Shown here: piece by piece, positions 11,479-21,618 of the stretch
Layout: the number at the start of each line of letters is the position of its first letter
How positions within the stretch are numbered: the first letter of the stretch is position 1
Assembly: GCA_963664395.2 (NCBI GenBank)
Contig: OY761159.2
Coordinates: 3,520,001-3,584,000, forward strand
Length of the DNA: 64,000 bases
Source of the DNA: Candidatus Binatia bacterium
Lineage (GTDB): Bacteria > Desulfobacterota > Binatia > Bin18
Direction: 5' to 3'
Program-made: the position numbers and the translations under genes
Notes under the pieces: generated by a model
Seen by the model: only the letters and a program-made list of their open reading frames with translations
What the model was told of the DNA's origin: nothing
Databases searched by the model: none

Positions 11479-13688
11479 GTCAGTTTTTGGGCAAGAGCCG
11501 TTTGCCACTGCTGGCGTAACGCTGTTGTTGAGATTTTCATATAGCCCGAAATTTCGAGCTGTGTGTCGGCAACTTCACCGAGGACGGAAAAGGGTAAGTG
11601 ACTCGCCCGGAGGAGCGCTTCGAGTCGATCCCAGTCAGCCGGTTGGACCGAAACAATAGCGCGCGATTGGCTCTCTCCAAAGAGTAAGGCGTCAGGACGT
11701 ATATCGCCTGTCAGCCTCACACGCGCTCCAAGAGTCCGGGCGGGATTGCTGATGCAGGCTTCCGCCAGGGCCACTGCCAAGCCGCCTTCCGCAACATCAT
11801 GGGCAGAGGCAAAGAGCCCTTCTTGGGCGGCCTGCACACACACCTGCTGGAGGAGCCGTTCCCGTTCCAGGTCAAGCTGGGGGGGCCGGCCACATTCCTG
11901 CTTATGGATCGTGGCCAGATATTCACTCGCGCCAAGTTCTTCGTGGGTCTCTCCCAATAAGACGATGAGATCGCCCGCGTGCTTAAACCACTGGGTGACA
12001 TGCTGCGTAACATTGTCCACAATCCCGACCATAGCAACCGTCGGGGTCGGAGGAATCGCCTGACCATCGGTTTCATTATAGAAGCTAACGTTGCCGCTGA
12101 CTACCGCCACCTCCAGCGCCTCGCAGGCCGCCCGCAGGCCGTCAATTGCCTGGGTAAACTGCCACATCACCTCGGGCTTCTCGGGGTTGCCGAAGTTGAG
12201 GCAATCGGACAGGGCAACCGGCCTGGCCCCGCTGACGGCGAGATTGCGCGCACTCTCGGCGACGGCAATCGCCGCTCCTCGATAGGGGTCAAGCGCGCAG
12301 TAGCGGCTATTGCAATCGACACTGATGCCCAGGCCCTTATCCGATTCTTTCAGCCGAATGATGGCTGCATCCGAGCCGGGCTGCACAACCGTATTTCCGC
12401 CAACGAGGAAATCGTACTGCCGATAGACCCACTCCTTACTGGCAAGATTCGGCGTGGTGAGGAGTGCGGTCAGGACTGCGGCATAGTCGGTGGGCAGCGG
12501 CAGGGTGTCGAGGTCGAGCTGTTGTTTCGACGTCAGGTCGGCCGGTCTGGCCGCCGGGCGTTCGTAGGCCGGTGCCTGTGAGGTCAAGGCCGAGACCGGA
12601 ATGCGGACGACTTCCTCTCCCTGCCACGTGGTGCGGAAGAGGCCGTCAGCCGTGACTTCACCAATGACGACGGCCTGGAGGTCCCAGGTGGCAAACACGT
12701 CTTTGACCGCCTCTTCACAGCCTTCCTTGGCGACAATCAGCATGCGTTCCTGGGACTCGGACAGCAGCAGCTCGTAGGGAGTAATGCCCGCTTCGCGGGT
12801 GGGGACGGTGTCAAGATCGAGGACGATGCCGACTTTGCCCCGGTCGGCCATTTCAACCGAAGAACTGGTCAGGCCGGCGGCTCCCATGTCCTGAATACCG
12901 ATAATCAGGTCCTGTTGCATGAGGGCCAGGCAGGCTTCGATCAGTACATTCTCGGTGAACGGGTCGCCCACCTGAACGGCCGGGCGGAGCGCTTCGGACT
13001 TGTCATCAAATTCCCGTGAGGCCAGCAGGCTCGCGCCGTGAATCCCGTCTCGGCCGGTGCGGGAACCCACATAGATGACCGGATTGCCCACCCCCGCGGC
13101 GGTCGCCCGAAAAATCCGATCGGTCGGCGCGATACCCAAGGTAAAGGCATTGACGAGGATATTGCCATTATAGCCAGGGTTGAAATAGACCTCACCACCG
13201 ACGGTGGGCACGCCGACACTGTTCCCGTAGCCGCCAATACCGGACACCACACCGGCGATCAGGTGGGGCGTGCGGGGATGATCAACCGTCCCAAAGCGGA
13301 GCGAGTTCAGCGAGGCAACCGGGCGGGCGCCCATCGTAAAGACATCGCGTAAGATACCGCCCACGCCGGTTGCGGCCCCGTGATACGGCTCGATAAAAGA
13401 CGGATGGTTATGGCTTTCGATCTTGAAGACCGCGGCCAGCCCGTCGCCAATATCGACGATGCCGGCATTCTCACCCGGCCCCTGCAGGATGGCCGGTCCG
13501 GTGGTCGGCAGCCGCCCCAGAAAGCGCCGGGAACTTTTATAGCTACAGTGCTCCGACCACATCACGGAGAACACGCCCAGCTCTTCGAAGGTCGGCGTGC
13601 GCCCCAGGGTCTGGACGATGCGGTCGTATTCGTCGCTTGACAGACCGTGGTCGTGAGCGAGTTGCAGATCAACCGGTATGGATGCCAT
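11469..13688 (-). CDS. purL: phosphoribosylformylglycinamidine synthase subunit PurL
   Basis: [31 protein letters not shown]. Confidence 0.97.
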   Translation of the reverse strand: MASIPVDLQLAHDHGLSSDEYDRIVQTLGRTPTFEELGVFSVMWSEHCSYKSSRRFLGRLPTTGPAILQGPGENAGIVDIGDGLAAVFKIESHNHPSFIEPYHGAATGVGGILRDVFTMGARPVASLNSLRFGTVDHPRTPHLIAGVVSGIGGYGNSVGVPTVGGEVYFNPGYNGNILVNAFTLGIAPTDRIFRATAAGVGNPVIYVGSRTGRDGIHGASLLASREFDDKSEALRPAVQVGDPFTENVLIEACLALMQQDLIIGIQDMGAAGLTSSSVEMADRGKVGIVLDLDTVPTREAGITPYELLLSESQERMLIVAKEGCEEAVKDVFATWDLQAVVIGEVTADGLFRTTWQGEEVVRIPVSALTSQAPAYERPAARPADLTSKQQLDLDTLPLPTDYAAVLTALLTTPNLASKEWVYRQYDFLVGGNTVVQPGSDAAIIRLKESDKGLGISVDCNSRYCALDPYRGAAIAVAESARNLAVSGARPVALSDCLNFGNPEKPEVMWQFTQAIDGLRAACEALEVAVVSGNVSFYNETDGQAIPPTPTVAMVGIVDNVTQHVTQWFKHAGDLIVLLGETHEELGASEYLATIHKQECGRPPQLDLERERLLQQVCVQAAQEGLFASAHDVAEGGLAVALAEACISNPARTLGARVRLTGDIRPDALLFGESQSRAIVSVQPADWDRLEALLRASHLPFSVLGEVADTQLEISGYMKISTTALRQQWQTALAQKLTTE

Positions 13689-13692
13689 AGGG

Positions 13693-14373
13693 CTACGCAA
13701 AGGCTGAGGTAAAGAGTTTACGCCCGTCTTCGCCCCCCAGCAGGGCTTCAACCGCATGTTCGGGATGGGGCATGAGTCCGACCACGTTCCCGTTCGCGTT
13801 AGTCACGCCGGCGATATTCTGCACGGCCCCATTCGGGTTGGCCGAGTCCAGCGCTTCGCCGGCCTGGTTCACATAGCGGAAGACGATTTGATCGTTGTCG
13901 TGCAGCGCCTTGAGGGTCGCCTCGTCCGCCACATAGCAGCCTTCGCCGTGTTTAATCGGCAGGGACAGACACTCGCCCGCCGAATACTGGGCCGTAAAAC
14001 GGGTCCGCGTCGTTTCCACCCGTATGGAGACCCACTCGCAGATAAACGCCAGCGAGCGGTTGCGGACCAGCGCTCCCGGCAGGAGCCCGCTCTCACACAG
14101 AATCTGAAACCCGTTGCACATGCCCAGCACCGGACCGCCGGCTCGGGCAAACGCAAGCACGCTGGACATGACGGGCGAAAAGCGGGCGACCGCCCCACAG
14201 CGTAAATAGTCGCCATAGGAAAACCCGCCCGGCAGCACAATCGCTTCGACGCCGAGCAGGTCCTGGTCTTTATGCCAGAGCGCGACCGCTTCCTGCCCGA
14301 GCACGGCTTCGAGGCAGTATCGCGCGTCCCGATCGTCGTTTGAGCCTGGGAAGGTGACTACGCCCCACTTCAC
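13693..14373 (-). CDS. purQ: FGAM synthase glutaminase subunit
   Basis: [27 protein letters not shown]. Confidence 0.97.
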   Translation of the reverse strand: MKWGVVTFPGSNDDRDARYCLEAVLGQEAVALWHKDQDLLGVEAIVLPGGFSYGDYLRCGAVARFSPVMSSVLAFARAGGPVLGMCNGFQILCESGLLPGALVRNRSLAFICEWVSIRVETTRTRFTAQYSAGECLSLPIKHGEGCYVADEATLKALHDNDQIVFRYVNQAGEALDSANPNGAVQNIAGVTNANGNVVGLMPHPEHAVEALLGGEDGRKLFTSAFA

Positions 14374-14379
14374 TTTGTG

Positions 14380-14625
14380 TTACTCCTCGATAATCTCAAA
14401 GCGAAAATCTTCAATGATGAGGTTGGCCAATAAACGCCGGCACATCTCTTCGACGCGCTGCTCGGCCTGCTGTTTGGAGAGACCCGTCAGCCGGACCTCC
14501 AGATACTTGCCCATGCGAACCTCGCTGACTTCCGCATAGTCGAGGGCGTGCAGGGAGTGCGCAATGGCCTTTCCCTGGGGATCGAGAATCGCTTTTTTAG
14601 GCGTAACGTATACTTTCGCCAGCAT
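14380..14625 (-). CDS. purS: FGAM synthase subunit PurS
   Basis: LDPQG, VRMGK, LLAN.IIE. Confidence 0.95.
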   Translation of the reverse strand: MLAKVYVTPKKAILDPQGKAIAHSLHALDYAEVSEVRMGKYLEVRLTGLSKQQAEQRVEEMCRRLLANLIIEDFRFEIIEE

Positions 14626-14629
14626 TACT

Positions 14630-14673
14630 CCGCCTCATGCCGCCTCATGCCGCCTCATGCCGCCTCATGCCGC
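14630..14673. repeat. 10-bp tandem repeat (CCGCCTCATG)x4
   Basis: Read directly; spans the purB stop and purS RBS. Confidence 0.9.
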
Positions 14674-15966
14674 AGGCGTAAACACGCGCTCGAAGATATG
14701 GTCGGTATGCCGCAGCGCGTGGCGCGCATCAAAGAGCTGATCGATTTCAGACGGACTCAGCAGCCGGGTAATATCCGGGTCTTGGCGGACCTCAAGGGCA
14801 AAAGAGGCATTGCGCTCCCAGACCTTCATGGCATTGCGCTGAACCCAGCCATACGCCTCTTCGCGGGAAATTCCTTTGCGGACTAACGCCAATAACAGAT
14901 GTTCGGAATAAATCGCTTCCCCGAGCATGGCCATATTGGTCTGCATCCGCTCGGGGTGAACAACCAGCCGGTCCGCGAGCGTGGTCAGCCGGGCCAACAT
15001 AAAGTCGAGCAGCGTGGTTGCATCCGGGCCAATCACGCGTTCGACCGAGGAATGGCTGATATCGCGCTCATGCCATAATGGGACATTCTCCAGGGCTGAG
15101 AGTGCGTAGCCGCGCAGCAGGCGCGCCAGTCCGCTCACATTTTCCAACTGCCACGGATTGCGTTTATGCGGCATGGCGGACGAACCCTTTTGGCCGGGGG
15201 TAAAGGGTTCTTGCACTTCAAAGACTTCGGTGCGTTGCAGATGGCGCAGCTCAGTCGCAATCCGGTCGAGCGAGCTGCCGATCAGCGCCAGCGTCGAGAA
15301 AAAGTGGGCATGCCGGTCACGCGGGATCACTTGGGTGGCAATGGTTTCCGGGGCGAGCCCCAAGCGCGCACAAATAGATGCTTCGACCGCGGGATCAATG
15401 TTGGCATACGTGCCAACCGCGCCTGAAATTTTGCCGACCGCAATCTCGCGCCGGGCGTGCACCAGGCGAGCCTTATTGCGCTCCATCTCGGCGAACCAGT
15501 GGGCGACTTTGAGGCCGAAGGTAATCGGCTCGGCATGCACGCCGTGGCTGCGTCCGATCATGACCGTGTGCCGATGTTCCTGGGCGCGCCGCTTCAGCAC
15601 GTCGAGTAAGGCATCCAGATCGGTCAGAATAACATCCGTTGCCTCGCACAGTTGAACGGCAAAGCCGGTATCGATCACATCGGACGAGGTCAGGCCAAGA
15701 TGCAGATAGCGTCCTTCTTGGCCCACACTCTCAGCCACCGCGGACACAAAGGCAACCACATCATGCTTGACCTCGGCTTCGATCTCTTGCATACGGCGAA
15801 TATCGACCTGCGCGTGTTGTCTCAGATGAGGAATCACTGCCGCTGGGATGTCACCGCGCTCAGCCAACGCTTCACACGCCAGCAGCTCGACTTCCAGCCA
15901 GGTGGAAAGCTTTTTCTCCTCTGACCAAATCCGGCGGAGGGCCGGACGGGTGTAGCGCTCGATCAT
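14665..15966 (-). CDS. purB: adenylosuccinate lyase
   Basis: HLGLTSSD, GRSHGVHAEP, GSSAMPHKRNP. Confidence 0.97.
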   Translation of the reverse strand: MIERYTRPALRRIWSEEKKLSTWLEVELLACEALAERGDIPAAVIPHLRQHAQVDIRRMQEIEAEVKHDVVAFVSAVAESVGQEGRYLHLGLTSSDVIDTGFAVQLCEATDVILTDLDALLDVLKRRAQEHRHTVMIGRSHGVHAEPITFGLKVAHWFAEMERNKARLVHARREIAVGKISGAVGTYANIDPAVEASICARLGLAPETIATQVIPRDRHAHFFSTLALIGSSLDRIATELRHLQRTEVFEVQEPFTPGQKGSSAMPHKRNPWQLENVSGLARLLRGYALSALENVPLWHERDISHSSVERVIGPDATTLLDFMLARLTTLADRLVVHPERMQTNMAMLGEAIYSEHLLLALVRKGISREEAYGWVQRNAMKVWERNASFALEVRQDPDITRLLSPSEIDQLFDARHALRHTDHIFERVFTPAA

Positions 15967-16100
15967 GAGCGCAGTGCTATCAGAACTTCAGCCGCGACCA
16001 AAGAGGGGCGCTGTTTCTTTCCTGGGAGCAGGTCATCAAAAGGGTGTTGCAATCAGGTGAGAGGCGGGGTAAGTCAGAAGGCCCTGCTCCAAAGCAACGC

Positions 16101-16173
16101 GGCGGCGTACCCAAGTGGCTAAGGGAGAGGTCTGCAAAACCTCCATTCACCGGTTCGAATCCGGTCGCCGCCT
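16101..16173 (+). tRNA. tRNA-Cys(GCA)
   Basis: GGCGGCG acceptor, GAGGT-CTGCAAA-ACCTC anticodon arm, U discriminator. Confidence 0.95.
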
Positions 16174-16175
16174 TG

Positions 16176-16973
16176 TCACTCTTCTTCATTCCGGCCCTGG
16201 CGCCGTGGCCCAAAACACACTCCCCTTTTCGAGTCTTGTATGAAACCCAGCAAGGCCCGGACATCTTGAGACGGAGCGGTCTCCCACAGTTGCGCGACTT
16301 TGTGTCGCATGTTTCCTCGCTGGCGGAACAACGTAGCAAACGCCTGTTTCAAGGCCGCAATCCGCTCTCGACTAAAGCCGGCGCGCCGCAGGCCGACGAC
16401 GTTTAAGCCCCGCACGGTATGGGTGCCGTCCATAATACAAAAGGGCGGGACATCCCGACTGGTCCGGGACAGCCCCCGCAGCAGGGCCAAGGTCCCGATC
16501 TTTACAAACTGGTGGACGACACAGTTGCCGGACACAAGGGCGCGGTCCGCGACCTCGACATAACCGGCCAGAAGCGCCCCTCCGGCAATGATCGTATTGT
16601 TCCCCAGCCGGCAATTATGCGCCACATGCGCATGCTGCATGAGATAATTATCGTTGCCGATAATCGTGGCACTCTCAGCCTGTGTCCCGCGGTGAATTTG
16701 GCTGTGCTCGCGCACGGTATTGCGGTGACCGATCCTGAGAAAACTTCTTTCACCCGAGTACGAGAAGTCCTGCGGGGCGTGGCCGATGACCGCCCCCATA
16801 TGGATTTCATTGTCTTCGCCGATTTCGGTCCAGCCGCTGAGTACGGCGTGGGCAAGAATCCGCGTTCCGCGTCCAATCCGGACAGCGCCGTCAATCACAA
16901 CATAGGGGCCGATGTCAACGCTGGGGTCAATGTCGGCTTGCGGGGAAATAATGGCTGTCGGATGGATCGCCAT
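16176..16973 (-). CDS. lpxA: acyl-ACP--UDP-N-acetylglucosamine O-acyltransferase
   Basis: Hexapeptide repeats, PQD, IHRGT, HVAHNC, VHQF, GLNVVGLRR. Confidence 0.9.
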   Translation of the reverse strand: MAIHPTAIISPQADIDPSVDIGPYVVIDGAVRIGRGTRILAHAVLSGWTEIGEDNEIHMGAVIGHAPQDFSYSGERSFLRIGHRNTVREHSQIHRGTQAESATIIGNDNYLMQHAHVAHNCRLGNNTIIAGGALLAGYVEVADRALVSGNCVVHQFVKIGTLALLRGLSRTSRDVPPFCIMDGTHTVRGLNVVGLRRAGFSRERIAALKQAFATLFRQRGNMRHKVAQLWETAPSQDVRALLGFIQDSKRGVCFGPRRQGRNEEE

Positions 16974-16991
16974 ACGTGACAAGCGACTGTA

Positions 16992-17177
16992 TCAAAGCTT
17001 GTTTGGCTCGGTGTCCTCCGAGGGCGTCAGGTCTGCCTGCTCGCCAGGGATGTGATACGTATCACTCGCCCACGCACCAAGGTCAAGCGTCCGACAGCGC
17101 TCCGAACAAAAAGGGCGGTAGGCGTTGTCCTGCCACGGGGTTTCTTTACGACACTGTGGACACTTGACCGTTTGCAT
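16992..17177 (-). CDS. yacG: DNA gyrase inhibitor YacG
   Basis: VKCPQC...RPFCSERC..LDLGAWA. Confidence 0.92.
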   Translation of the reverse strand: MQTVKCPQCRKETPWQDNAYRPFCSERCRTLDLGAWASDTYHIPGEQADLTPSEDTEPNKL

Positions 17178-17277
17178 AAGCGCACACCTGTAAAATGAAC
17201 AAGCGTACCAACATCCGCATGCATCCGCATGCATCCGCATGGCTGTTGGAGGGCGCGTTTGCTCATTGCAAGGGAAA

Positions 17278-17349
<72 letters not shown>

Positions 17350-17417
17350 TCAGGATTATAGTTTACCCTCCGTCCGACGAGACTGCGAAAGAGAAAGGGA
17401 GTTGCTGAAAAAGAAAA

Positions 17418-17535
17418 CCCCGGCCTCGTCCTACTCTCCCACAGCATTCCGCTGCAGTACCATCGGCGCTGGAGGGCTTAACGGCCGTGTTCGGGATGGG
17501 AACGGGTGTGGCCCCTCCGCCATTGAGACCGGGGA
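17418..17535 (-). rRNA. rrf: 5S rRNA (stand-alone)
   Basis: Reverse complement contains CACACCCGTTCCCATCCCGAACACGG, GCCGATGGTACTG, GGGAGAGTAGG; terminal helix CCCCGG/CCGGGG. Confidence 0.95.
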
Positions 17536-17551
17536 ATTTTCTTAGTCGCCT

Positions 17552-17580
17552 CTAATAACGGCCTCGGAGTGTGCTGTCAA
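17552..17580 (-). promoter_or_regulatory. promoter for 5S rRNA
   Basis: TTGACA-17 bp-TATTAG on the minus strand, about 16 nt before the 5S. Confidence 0.55.
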
Positions 17581-17695
17581 GCCTCCCAGCCGGCGTCGGT
17601 TGACGACCCCGGCATCCGCCGTTACCGTGATGCACGGTTCCTGTACGGGCATAGAGGGAGCAGAATGGAGCCTCCCGAGTGCGGCTTCGAGTTGC

Positions 17696-17724
17696 TTGAC
17701 TCAGTATAGACGGCCTCCTAAGAT
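17696..17724 (+). promoter_or_regulatory. sigma70-like promoter for gmhA
   Basis: TTGACT-17 bp-TAAGAT. Confidence 0.6.
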
Positions 17725-17738
17725 CAGCAGCCTTGCTC

Positions 17739-18335
17739 ATGAAGGAAGAAATAGCACAGATTTTTCAGGCCAGTATTGAGGTAAAAGAACAGTTCTTGCG
17801 GGCGCATGGCAACGAATTGGTCGCCGCAACCAAGACCGTTATCCGGACGCTGCGTACGGGTGGAAAAATTCTCCTGTTCGGGAATGGCGGCAGTGCTGCC
17901 GATGCGCAGCATATCGCCGCCGAGTTCGTGAATCGCTACCTGATCGATCGCCCTCCGCTGCCGGCGATTGCGCTGACAACCGACTCCTCGGCTTTGACCT
18001 CGATTGCGAACGATTACGGTCCCACTGAGATTTTTGCCAAGCAAATACAAGCACTTGGTAAAAATAAGGATGTCGCTATCGCACTCTCGACAAGTGGCAA
18101 TTCATCAAACGTTCTCCGAGGACTTGAGTGTTGCCGCAGCATAGGGATGCGGACCATTGGGCTGACGGGCGGGAGTGGCGGGGCGATGGCCGCTCTGGTC
18201 GATCATTGTCTGTGTGTCTCGGCAACAACCGTCACGCCTCGGATTCAGGAAACGCATATTCTCATCGGACATGTGATCTGCGAAATGGTTGACCTGAGCC
18301 TCTATGGGGCCGGGCGCCCGGAGAGTGAACAGTGA
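17739..18335 (+). CDS. gmhA: D-sedoheptulose 7-phosphate isomerase
   Basis: GNGGSAADAQH, ANDYG, STSGNS, RIQETH. Confidence 0.96.
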   Translation: MKEEIAQIFQASIEVKEQFLRAHGNELVAATKTVIRTLRTGGKILLFGNGGSAADAQHIAAEFVNRYLIDRPPLPAIALTTDSSALTSIANDYGPTEIFAKQIQALGKNKDVAIALSTSGNSSNVLRGLECCRSIGMRTIGLTGGSGGAMAALVDHCLCVSATTVTPRIQETHILIGHVICEMVDLSLYGAGRPESEQ

Positions 18336-18357
18336 AAAACCGAGCGTTCGGGGCCGG

Positions 18358-18469
18358 AACCCACCCCGCCGCTGCGCGGCACCCCTCCAGGGAGGGGAGT
18401 TGGAAGGGGCCCGGTTCTGTTTTCTCTATCCCCTCCTCGGAGGGGTGGCCCGAAGGGCCGGGGTGGGTT
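18358..18469. repeat. inverted pair of family A double-hairpin REP-like units
   Basis: AACCCACCCCGCCGCTGCGCGGCACCCCTCCAGGGAGGGG plus a reverse-oriented GGCC variant. Confidence 0.85.
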
Positions 18470-18477
18470 AGGGCGCA

Positions 18478-19443
18478 ATGAAATTCCCTCCTATCGACCC
18501 GAGACTCGCCTCAACCTATCCGCTCAGTCAACGCCGCAGTAAAGTCGCCGTGCAGGGATTGGGCAAGCCGTGGCGGGTGGGTGGCAGTCTGGAGGAATTT
18601 CTGCACTCTCTGCCGCGTATTCTGGCCGCTACCGACCTGGGTGAAATCGCCGGCCGCATTGCGACCGCCGTCCGGTCCGGGCGACCCGTTGTCCTGGGCA
18701 TGGGTGCCCATCCGCTCAAAGTCGGTCTTTCCCCGCTTATTATCGATCTTCTGGAGCGGGGCATTATTGCCGCCGTTGCGCTCAACGGTGCCTGCATTAT
18801 CCACGATTTTGAACTGGCCTATCAGGGGGCGACTTCCGAGGATGTCGCCGCCAGTCTGGAGACGGGCCAGTTTGGCATGGCGCAGGAAACCGGAGAATTT
18901 TTGAACACTGCCATACAAACCGGGGTGACGCAGCAGGGGGTGGGTATTGGGCGAGCCGTTGGCGCGCGCATTCTGGCGGAACAATTGCCGTATGCCTCGC
19001 TGAGTGTGCTGGCCGCGTGCGCCCGGCTTGAGGTGCCGGCTTGTGTCCATGTCGCGATCGGGACGGATATTATTCATATGCATCCCAGCGTTGACGGGCG
19101 GGCAATCGGACAAGGCAGCCTGCGCGACTTTCACCTGCTGACTTCGGTTGTGGCCCAATTGGAAGGCGGGGTGTTTATCAACCTGGGCTCGGCCGTCATC
19201 ATTCCCGAAGTGTTTCTCAAAGCGCTCTCGCTGGCCAGAAATCTCGGCCATCCGGTGAAGACCCTGACTACGGTTGATATTGATTTCATCCGGCAGTATC
19301 GACCGACGGTCAACGTGGTGCATCGCCCCACCCAACAGGGCGGGCGCGGTTTTCAGCTAACCGGCCACCATGAAATTCTCTTCCCGCTGCTGTGTGCCGC
19401 GGTTTTGGAAGAACTGGGAACCGACGCGCCGGACAGGGCGTAA
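18478..19443 (+). CDS. conserved deoxyhypusine-synthase-like protein next to gmhA
   Basis: MGAHPLKVG, NGACIIHDFE, GTDIIHMHP, GSAVIIPEVFLKA, GHHEILFPL. Confidence 0.65.
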   Translation: MKFPPIDPRLASTYPLSQRRSKVAVQGLGKPWRVGGSLEEFLHSLPRILAATDLGEIAGRIATAVRSGRPVVLGMGAHPLKVGLSPLIIDLLERGIIAAVALNGACIIHDFELAYQGATSEDVAASLETGQFGMAQETGEFLNTAIQTGVTQQGVGIGRAVGARILAEQLPYASLSVLAACARLEVPACVHVAIGTDIIHMHPSVDGRAIGQGSLRDFHLLTSVVAQLEGGVFINLGSAVIIPEVFLKALSLARNLGHPVKTLTTVDIDFIRQYRPTVNVVHRPTQQGGRGFQLTGHHEILFPLLCAAVLEELGTDAPDRA

Positions 19444-19825
19444 CCGCGCGTTCGACTGCCGGGGCTCCAAAAGATGTCCGGCAGATGCACGTCTGGCGGA
19501 AGAGGGCATGGTCGGAGTAGGATATAAACGTTTCTGGGGCTATTTCGGGTTTTGGGAAGCGTTCCGGTTTCCCGAAGATGAACTCGAATATCCGAGTGGA
19601 AAGCAACGTCTTCCTCTACATGAATGGACGGTTGAGCGTATGATACGGGCGAATTACCTGTATGCCGGGCCTGTGGATGAGGTGGTGCAAGGGATGGATG
19701 CCTTGGCCGACGCGGTAAACCCGGAATGGTTTGCGTGGCTGTTTGACCAGGGGCTCCTGCCTCGGACAGAACTGAGGAAGCAGCTTGAACTATTCGGCAA
19801 ACATATTTTGCCACGCTATCGTTAA
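19444..19825 (+). pseudogene. C-terminal fragment of an LLM-class flavin-dependent oxidoreductase
   Basis: AGPVDEV...LELFGKHILPRYR is a typical luciferase-like C-terminus; no N-terminal two-thirds. Confidence 0.65.
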
Positions 19826-19892
19826 CGCCGAAAACGACGAAGAAAACACGCGCCCGCAACACGCGCAGGACAGAAATCAGACGGACCGCAGC

Positions 19893-21125
19893 ATGCCACA
19901 GTTCCAATACCAGGCGACCACCCCGCAAGGAAAAATCATTGAAGGCGTGCGGGAAGCGGGAGAGGAGCGGGCGGTCGTGGCGTGGCTCCATAAGCAGGGC
20001 TATATACCCCTCAGCGTCGCACTGCCGCACCGCCGGGAAGCCGCCCCCACGCGGAAATGGTTGTCTCTGCCGGCGCTGCCGTGGAGTGGCCACATCTCGC
20101 AGCGTGACTTGCTGCTCCTGACCCGCGAGCTGGCGACCATGCTCTCGGCCGGGTTGCCGCTGGACCGGGCGCTGGCGATCCTGGTCGGGCTCACTGAAAA
20201 AGCCGCACTCAGCCACGTGGTGGCTGAAGTGTTGAAGGCCGTCCAGCAAGGCCAATCGCTGGCAGAAGCTTTGGCCGAGTATCCCCACATCTTTCCGCCT
20301 CTGTATATTAATATGGCGCGGGCAGGAGAAGCCGGCGGCTTTCTGGAGACGGCCTTGCAGCGCGTAGCGGAATATCTTGAGCGTGCCCAAGAGGTCCAGG
20401 AGGAAGTGAAGTCAGCCCTCGCCTACCCCGTTATTCTGGTGCTCTTTGGCACTGGGGCTATTGTTTGCATGTTCATATTTGTCCTGCCGCGCTTTGCCGG
20501 CTTATTCGCCGATAGCGGCCAGACGCTCCCGGCTTCAACCCAGTTCATGTTGACGACCAGTGAGGTCCTGCGTGCCTATTGGTGGGGATTCCTGTTGTTC
20601 GGGGTTGGCAGCGTCTTCGGCTGGCGGCGCTACGTCGCCACTCCCCAGGGTCGCCTGACGTGGGACGGATTCTGTCTCCGCCTGGTGCTCCTCGGTCCCT
20701 TACTCCAAAAGCGCGAGGTGGGTCGTTTTTCCCGCACTCTGAGTACCCTGCTCAGCAGTGGGGTGCCGTTGCTCCAGGGACTTGAGATCGTGGAGGCCGT
20801 TATTGAGAATAAGGTCATTGGTCAGGCCGTCAAGGAAGTCCGGGCCGGGGTCCGGGAAGGGCAGGGGATTGCCGCACCGCTCGGACGAACCGGGGTGTTC
20901 CCGACGATGGCGCTTCAGCTGATCGGGGTGGGCGAGGAAACCGGTCGTCTGGATGAAATGCTGAAACAAGTTGCCGATTACTTTGAGCGCGAGACGCAGC
21001 AGCAGATCAGGCGAATGACCTCGCTGGTTGAACCGGTCCTGTTGCTGACCATGGGACTGATTATCGGCTTTGTCGTGATTTCCATGCTGGTCGGCATCTT
21101 CAGTATGAACGACATGGCCCTGTAA
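19893..21125 (+). CDS. gspF: type II secretion inner-membrane platform protein F
   Basis: AGLPLDRAL, AGEAGG.L, SALAYP, VGEETGRLDEML, EP. Confidence 0.93.
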   Translation: MPQFQYQATTPQGKIIEGVREAGEERAVVAWLHKQGYIPLSVALPHRREAAPTRKWLSLPALPWSGHISQRDLLLLTRELATMLSAGLPLDRALAILVGLTEKAALSHVVAEVLKAVQQGQSLAEALAEYPHIFPPLYINMARAGEAGGFLETALQRVAEYLERAQEVQEEVKSALAYPVILVLFGTGAIVCMFIFVLPRFAGLFADSGQTLPASTQFMLTTSEVLRAYWWGFLLFGVGSVFGWRRYVATPQGRLTWDGFCLRLVLLGPLLQKREVGRFSRTLSTLLSSGVPLLQGLEIVEAVIENKVIGQAVKEVRAGVREGQGIAAPLGRTGVFPTMALQLIGVGEETGRLDEMLKQVADYFERETQQQIRRMTSLVEPVLLLTMGLIIGFVVISMLVGIFSMNDMAL

Positions 21126-21146
21126 CGGACAGAAAGGAGACGGCGT

Positions 21147-21581
21147 ATGCAGCCCAACAAAAAGACTCTACTCAATCAAGCTGGCCAATCCGGCTTTACA
21201 CTTATTGAACTCCTGGTCGTGATGGTGATTATCGGTTTGCTGGTTGCGCTGGTTGGGCCGAACGTGATGGGCCGCGCCGAGAAAGCCAAGCCGCAGGCCG
21301 CCCGGGTGCAAATCGAAAATCTGTCCAGCGCGCTTGAGATGTTCAAGTTGGACGTCGGCAGGTATCCGACCGAAGAGGAAGGGCTGGCCGCGCTCCGTGA
21401 AGGGCTGTCCGGAGTGGCCCGCTGGGATGGCCCTTATCTCAGAAAAAAGGTGCCCAAGGACCCCTGGGACCAGGCCTATGTCTATCGCCGCTCAGGAAGA
21501 GAATTCGAGGTGCTCTCCTATGGGGCCGATGGTGTGACGGGCGGTTCCAGCGTTGACGCCGATATCCTCAGTTCCGAATAA
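21147..21581 (+). CDS. gspG: T2SS major pseudopilin
   Basis: GFTLIELLVV, LDVGRYP...GL.AL, WDGPYL, DPW, SYGADG. Confidence 0.96.
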   Translation: MQPNKKTLLNQAGQSGFTLIELLVVMVIIGLLVALVGPNVMGRAEKAKPQAARVQIENLSSALEMFKLDVGRYPTEEEGLAALREGLSGVARWDGPYLRKKVPKDPWDQAYVYRRSGREFEVLSYGADGVTGGSSVDADILSSE

Positions 21582-21618
21582 GAGGCGGGGTCAGAGGCCG
21601 AATAATGAGGATGAGTGG

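Noticed and set aside
19353-20390. Long antisense ORFs (this 345-aa one, 21568-22488, 56208-57053 and others)
   Set aside because: Shadow frames of well-supported genes in GC-rich DNA, with no recognisable motifs
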